Positions 31,570 through 36,500 of a stretch of 36,500 nucleotides of DNA are shown here, in pieces. The notes below the pieces were generated by a model that ran no database searches, had not been told where the DNA came from, and saw nothing but the letters and a program-made list of their open reading frames with translations. The stretch is from Chiloscyllium plagiosum (Eukaryota). Positions within the stretch are counted from its first letter, which is position 1; every line of letters starts with the position of its first letter. The stretch is from NCBI RefSeq assembly GCF_004010195.1, contig NW_025213848.1, forward strand, positions 1 to 36,500, read 5' to 3'. A program made the position numbers and the translations under genes.

Positions 31570-34500
31570 ATTTCTTCCCTTTAATTCAAAAGAAGATATT
31601 TTCTTCAGGTTTCCATGAAAAGGGAGTATGTAATTCTCCTGGATCAAAATTCGTGGAAGATGTTTGAGAACATTGCAGTCATAAAGGTGAAAAAGCGCTG
31701 AATTCAAACATTTCAAGCACATAAATCGTTGTTCTCCATTATTATAAAGGTGTAATAAAAGTTTATTTCTTCTCCTGTAAAATAATGAAATGTAACTTCC
31801 TATTAATCATTAGTCAGATGATTCCTTTCATTTCTAACTAAATATTGCAAATTATTTAATTACGTTTATGTCCTTTGATCAAATTAAATTTCTAATTATT
31901 GTTCAATTTATCAATCGTCGAGAATTTGCCTTTATTTTCCATTCACCTATTCATATTGAATGAAAGTTTAACATATTTTGAAAATATTGGCATGTGGTCA
32001 TTTACAACTTGCATGCCTCACATTTATCTCACTTCTTGCATAATGGTTTAATTGTGTTTGACGAAGGAATTCTACCAAAGATTTTTTTTTCAAATTGCTG
32101 ATTTCACATACCTTTAACACTGAGTTGTCAACCTGTTCCTAAAATTTGTAAACTATCTCAATGTTATTGAAATCAATGCTCACATAAAACACTACATAAA
32201 GCCATACAAATGTCTTCATGACCAGCTAATTACTATTTAGTTGAATAATCTAAGTAACCATCTTATTGTTCCTGAAAGCCAGCATCTCAGTAAGTTCCTG
32301 GTTATCATTCCATCCAATGACTGCAGTAATTACACACAACACTGGTTGCTCAAAGCAATATATATTCTTTATTCCTAAAGACCACGGGTTCTAACATGAA
32401 GAGATGTTGATGGTCCTGAATTTTGCTTTCTCAAACAGGTTTACAGTCCAAATATTGCAAAACAAGCGTAAATTTGGTTTTGTTAAACTGTCGGTGCAAA
32501 CATTTTCAGCTCATGCCCATTAAAATTATTTATTAACTCATCAGAGCAAATACTGAGAGTTGCCTCTGTAAATTTAATTTACTGAGTTTTCCATTCACTG
32601 AAGTTCTCATATTAATTATTCGTTTTCTTCTTAAATCTGATACAAATCTCCAAATACTGATCACAATAAAAGTTAATGTTTATTTCTATACTTTGTTCTG
32701 TCAAATAGCAAGATGAGATATCTCGCTATTCTTCAGTTTACTAGTAGCCATTTATTTGTTGCTAATATCTCATAATTGTTCAGTAAGGGGGTCGTAGAAT
32801 TATGTCTCCATATAATAACTAATATAAAGATATTGCAGTGTGCAATCTCTTAATCTTTATGAATATTGATTTTTATCTTAACCTGGAAACTTTGCTGAAT
32901 CAAATTCATTATATTTCACATCAAATCTAACCTTTATTGTTTTTCTCGTCACCGTGAAAGTTAACTATTTTTGATGTGACGAAATTATTTAAATTCATGT
33001 GAATTTTCTGAGTACAGAAAGAAACTTACATCTCTGTTCTTTCATTAAATAGGTACAGTTAATATTGAATTCTTGGAAAGTGTACATTTTCGGAAAGAAT
33101 AAAAGATCTCTTGAGCAGAATATGCATCTTGAATGATGAATTCATTATTTCATTTCAATGCAAGTGTTTGGCAAAAGTAATTTAATTTTCATTAAATGAT
33201 AAAGTAATGATATTCATCAATTCATTTTCCAAAGAGCTTAATTCATACAAATAAACATATAAAAGCTTATTCTCAATGAAATGAAAATCAATTTCTTCTT
33301 CAATAAATTAAACAAATGCCACTTCCTATTATTCATCAATCAGCTGATTTCCTGCATTTGTAACTCAATGTTGTAATTTTTCTAATGTCTTTATATTCTT
33401 TGCTCAAACTGATTTTTAAATTATTGTTTAGAATATGAATTGTCTGGTTTTTTTTTTAATTTTTCACTCACCGATGTACACTGAATGTCAGATTGAAATG
33501 TTTTGACTTTGTGTAACTCTCATTTATTGCATGATGGTTTAAGTGTGTTTCCAAAGCAATGCTAGCATCAAAACTTCATTATTTTTAAATAAGATCTTTG
33601 ACACCTAATTATTCAATCTGCATTATTGAAATCAGTGCTCACACAAAACACAGCACCTGGGGGAACACAGATCTTCATGAGCATCTAATCACTGTTCAGT
33701 AGAGTCACCTAAGTATTTTATTGTTTTTGAGAGCAATTACCACGGTAAACCTTTGGCCTCAGTCCATCCAATAAATGCAATCTATATCTTACATTTCAGC
33801 TAAGTAATTAAACAAAATGTCTGCTGCTTAAACCAACAATTACACTTTTGAATGAATATTGACTGTAATACTAAGAACTAAATCTTTTACATTTTCTTGT
33901 TCTTTCCTGTGTGCAAGAGAAAGCTCATGTTGCACATGTTTTATTGTATTATTCAACAACACTAAATTTTGAATTTTTGGAAGTCCTGCATTTCTGGAAA
34001 ATGGGAAGTGATCATCAGCTTATATATCACATTAAAGACTGCTTTTTCAATTCATGCGTGCTGCAAACTGTATTATTTTCGTTTCATGAGAAGAAAACTG
34101 CTTTGAACTTGTTCCAGTCTTGTCTTTCTTATTTAAATTTTATATGTCAAAGTACATTGATGACGTATTTATGAAAATTCCTTTTCAGTCAAATGTCACT
34201 CAATGTAGCTTTTGTTCAGTGTAATGTTCACTTTGACTGTATGGATATTTTCTTCCTAATTCTGACACAAATATATCAACATTGATAACAATAATTACAT
34301 AATTTAAAATAACATTGCTCTACAAGAAAACCAGTACATAGATCTAAATATATATTTTCATTTATTACCTGCATTTTTGAGCAAATAAAATCTGCTCAAC
34401 ATTCGGTGAATGGCTCTTATTTTTTCACCTATCCTTAAAGCCAGCTACTATATTTTAATCCACAGTTTACCAGTTTTAATGAATATCGAACCAACATTAC

Positions 34501-34639
34501 AGTGAAATGCTATTAAAATAATGCTATTGCCCCACAGAAATATAAGCAAGAAAAACCTTTTCATTGTTTACATGTTACATCTTTCCGAGGGCAATAATCA
34601 AACTAAAATACATATAGCTGAGGATGCTAATAGTAATCA

Positions 34640-34868
34640 ATTCCAGCCTGTGTGGAGTCTGAACATTCTTTCCGTGTCTGTGTGGGTTTGCTCTGGTTTC
34701 TTCCCACAGTCCGAAGATGTGCAGGTCAGGTGAATTGGCCATGCTGGATTGCCCATCGTGTTAGCTACATTAGTCAGAGGGAATTGTGTTTGACTGGGTT
34801 ACTCTTCGGAGGATTGGTGAGGACTGGTCAGGCTGAAGGGCCTGTTTCCACACTGTAGGGAATCTAGC
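34640..34868 (+). mobile_element. HE1/V-SINE-like SINE, 5'-truncated
   Basis: gtgtctgtgtgggtttgctc...cccacagtccgaagatgtgcaggtcaggtgaattggccatgct...gaagggcctgtttccacactgtag. Confidence 0.85.
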
Positions 34869-34877
34869 TCAATTCTA

Positions 34878-35146
34878 GGGGTGCCTTAGCAGTTAGCACC
34901 AGGAATCTAGGCTCGATTCCAACCTCGGGTAGCTGTCTGTGTGGGGTTGCCTCCTGGCGCTCTGGATTCGTTCCACAATCCAAAGATGTGCTGGTCAGGT
35001 GAATTGGCCAGGCTAAATTGCCCACGGCGTTAGATGCATTAGTCAGAAGGAAATGGGTCTGGGTGGGTTACTCTTTGGAGGGTCGGTGTGGACTTGCTGG
35101 GCCAAAGGGCCAGTTTCCACACTGCAGGGGATATAATCTAAAAAAA
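34878..35146 (+). mobile_element. HE1/V-SINE-like SINE, tandem to the previous copy
   Basis: ggctcgattcc (B-box-like) and caaagatgtgctggtcaggtgaattggcc...gggccaaagggccagtttccacactgcag. Confidence 0.85.
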
Positions 35147-36039
35147 TCGAAGATGACGCCAGTTCTGGGTATAGGCAATCACATGAGTCACAGCGAGCAT
35201 TTTGATCAGATCCCCATTAAACTTAATCAGCTGTTTTTTTTTTCTCTGGAGACAATATTGAAAGCAATTTCTCCATAAATGCCGTTGACTGTATTTTTCT
35301 GATACATATGTTCTTTATCTACTTATTTTCTTTGTTATTCTGTCATGAATGTCAAAACATTAATGCAACAAAAATTGCAACAATTACATATTGTATTTCT
35401 ACAGAAGAATAGCAGCAACACGAAGCTTAGAATTCTACGATATCTGAGTTTTGAATGACGAAACAATTCTGATCAATACTTACTACATGTGTCAGTTTTT
35501 TGCGAACTCATCATGCCAGTATTTTAATTCGGAGTTCACTGACCTTACTAAATATCGAATCGACAGCAGAGCAAACTCGTTGGGAAATATTGTATGATTT
35601 ACTTTGTCATAATTCTAAAATTAATTGTTAATTCATTGTCATTCCAACAGTCATACAGTAATTCAGTTTACATTTTGTAACAAGCATCGTGAGATTCACA
35701 TAATAGTTTACTCCATTATTTCTTAGTGTCAGTATTACAATGAAAGATGTATATTTTGTTTCATGTCAACACACCCACAAACCAACGAAACATTTCCCAT
35801 CAGGCACTCACAGCAAATATCTGATTGTTTCTCATTTGAATGTTCACAATAATCATTGGATTAATATTCAGCAATATAAAGTAAGATACTGCTGAATCTT
35901 TTGCATTTCAATAACTACTGCTCATTTCCACACATTATGGATAGCAATATGAGATTTCTAATCTTTTTCTAGTTTGCTATGAACTGTTTATAAGAATAAT
36001 TGTTGCTTATGTCTAATATTTAACAATTGTTCAAGTCCT

Positions 36040-36260
36040 GTGTGTCTACTTTTGCCCCCTAACCCCCTAAACCCTTCCTATCCAGAAACCCATCCGGTTG
36101 CCTTTGAAATATTCTGAGTGTACTCACGTCCTCTGGTAGCTTATTCTATACACGTACAACCTTCTGTGTGAGAAATGCGTCTCAGGTCTCTCTTTAAATT
36201 TTAGCCCTCTCACCTTAAACCTATGCTTTCTAATTTTCAACTCGGCCCACCTTGGACAAA
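36040..36260 (-). mobile_element. CR1-type LINE 3' fragment
   Basis: Antisense to 17365-17545 (ccctctcaccttaaac versus gtttagggtgagagggg). Confidence 0.75.
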
Positions 36261-36377
36261 AAACTTAAACACTCAGTTTCCAAACTTTCCATACTGCCTC
36301 GCCCTACAGTCCAAATATTTTAACCCTGACAACATCCTTCTATATATTTTGCAAGCAATTTCACACGATTTTCTTAC

Positions 36378-36500
36378 CTTTTCGATGATGCCAATTACGG
36401 TGGACAACAAGGAACTATTGGAAACGGAAAGATGAAGCGTAGAACGGCTGCAAATGTCAGTACTGGGCACTGTTGAGCAGCAACAGGTCCCGGCGCGAAT
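36378..36500 (-). other. Candidate exon 3' part, running off the window edge
   Basis: Minus strand has a strong donor GAAAAG|GTAAGA at 36378/36377. The sequence is not a recognisable repeat, retains CpGs and has one stop-free frame (IRAGTCCCSTVPSTDICSRSTLHLSVSNSSLLSTVIGIIEK). The product is not recognised. Confidence 0.3.

Larger units (their letters stand above)
30260..36035. repeat. Ancient, diverged direct repeats of AT-rich non-TE modules
   Basis: Shared blocks seen by eye: 30350/31760/33283 (atttct.ctt.a.taaat...ttcctatt), 30790/32688/35930 (agcaa.atgagat.tct), 30941/32821 (aatataaa.atattgcagtgt..aatctct), 32165/33624 (tattgaaatca.tgctcaca.aaaacac), 30630/35755 and 33858/34232/35285 (ttgactgta). 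Confidence 0.75.

Noticed and set aside
33911..34174. Hydrophobic 87-aa ORF as a receptor fragment
   Set aside because: It has a GTG start, AT-driven composition and no recognisable family motif.
30260..36035. Ig/TCR J-segment cluster suggested by the roughly 1.5-kb spacing
   Set aside because: I found no convincing heptamer-nonamer RSS or FGxG/WGxG segment on either strand by eye.
1..36500. CRISPR array, operon or other prokaryotic system
   Set aside because: The sequence is vertebrate repeat-rich DNA with no regularly spaced short repeats or gene-dense structure.

Overview
Repeat-dense, largely non-coding vertebrate genomic DNA from a draft scaffold with five N gaps. The host is most likely a shark or other elasmobranch, inferred from HE1/V-SINE-type SINEs and shark-type CR1 LINEs. 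I cannot support any intact host protein-coding gene, and nearly all listed ORFs are decayed retroelement fragments, antisense reads of them, or N-gap artefacts. From left to right the window holds: (1) a near full-length but frameshifted CR1-type LINE (about 1519-6180, minus strand) nested in an older CR1 and interrupted by a SINE; (2) a roughly 20-kb diverged palindrome, with a left arm at about 8236-16000 and a right arm at about 19858-28235 around a roughly 3.9-kb spacer, showing patchy identity and arm-specific indels; (3) at the outer end of each arm, a decayed gag-protease-RT remnant of a retrovirus-like LTR element with some foamy-like RT motifs; (4) four Penelope-like (PLE) fragments carrying minimal hammerhead-ribozyme motifs, several at deletion or truncation junctions; (5) an AT-rich 6-kb tract (about 29.7-36.0 kb) built from old, shuffled repeats of non-TE modules; (6) a possible minus-strand exon end at the right edge. 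All alignments and identities are hand estimates, and family names come from motif recognition, not database searches.
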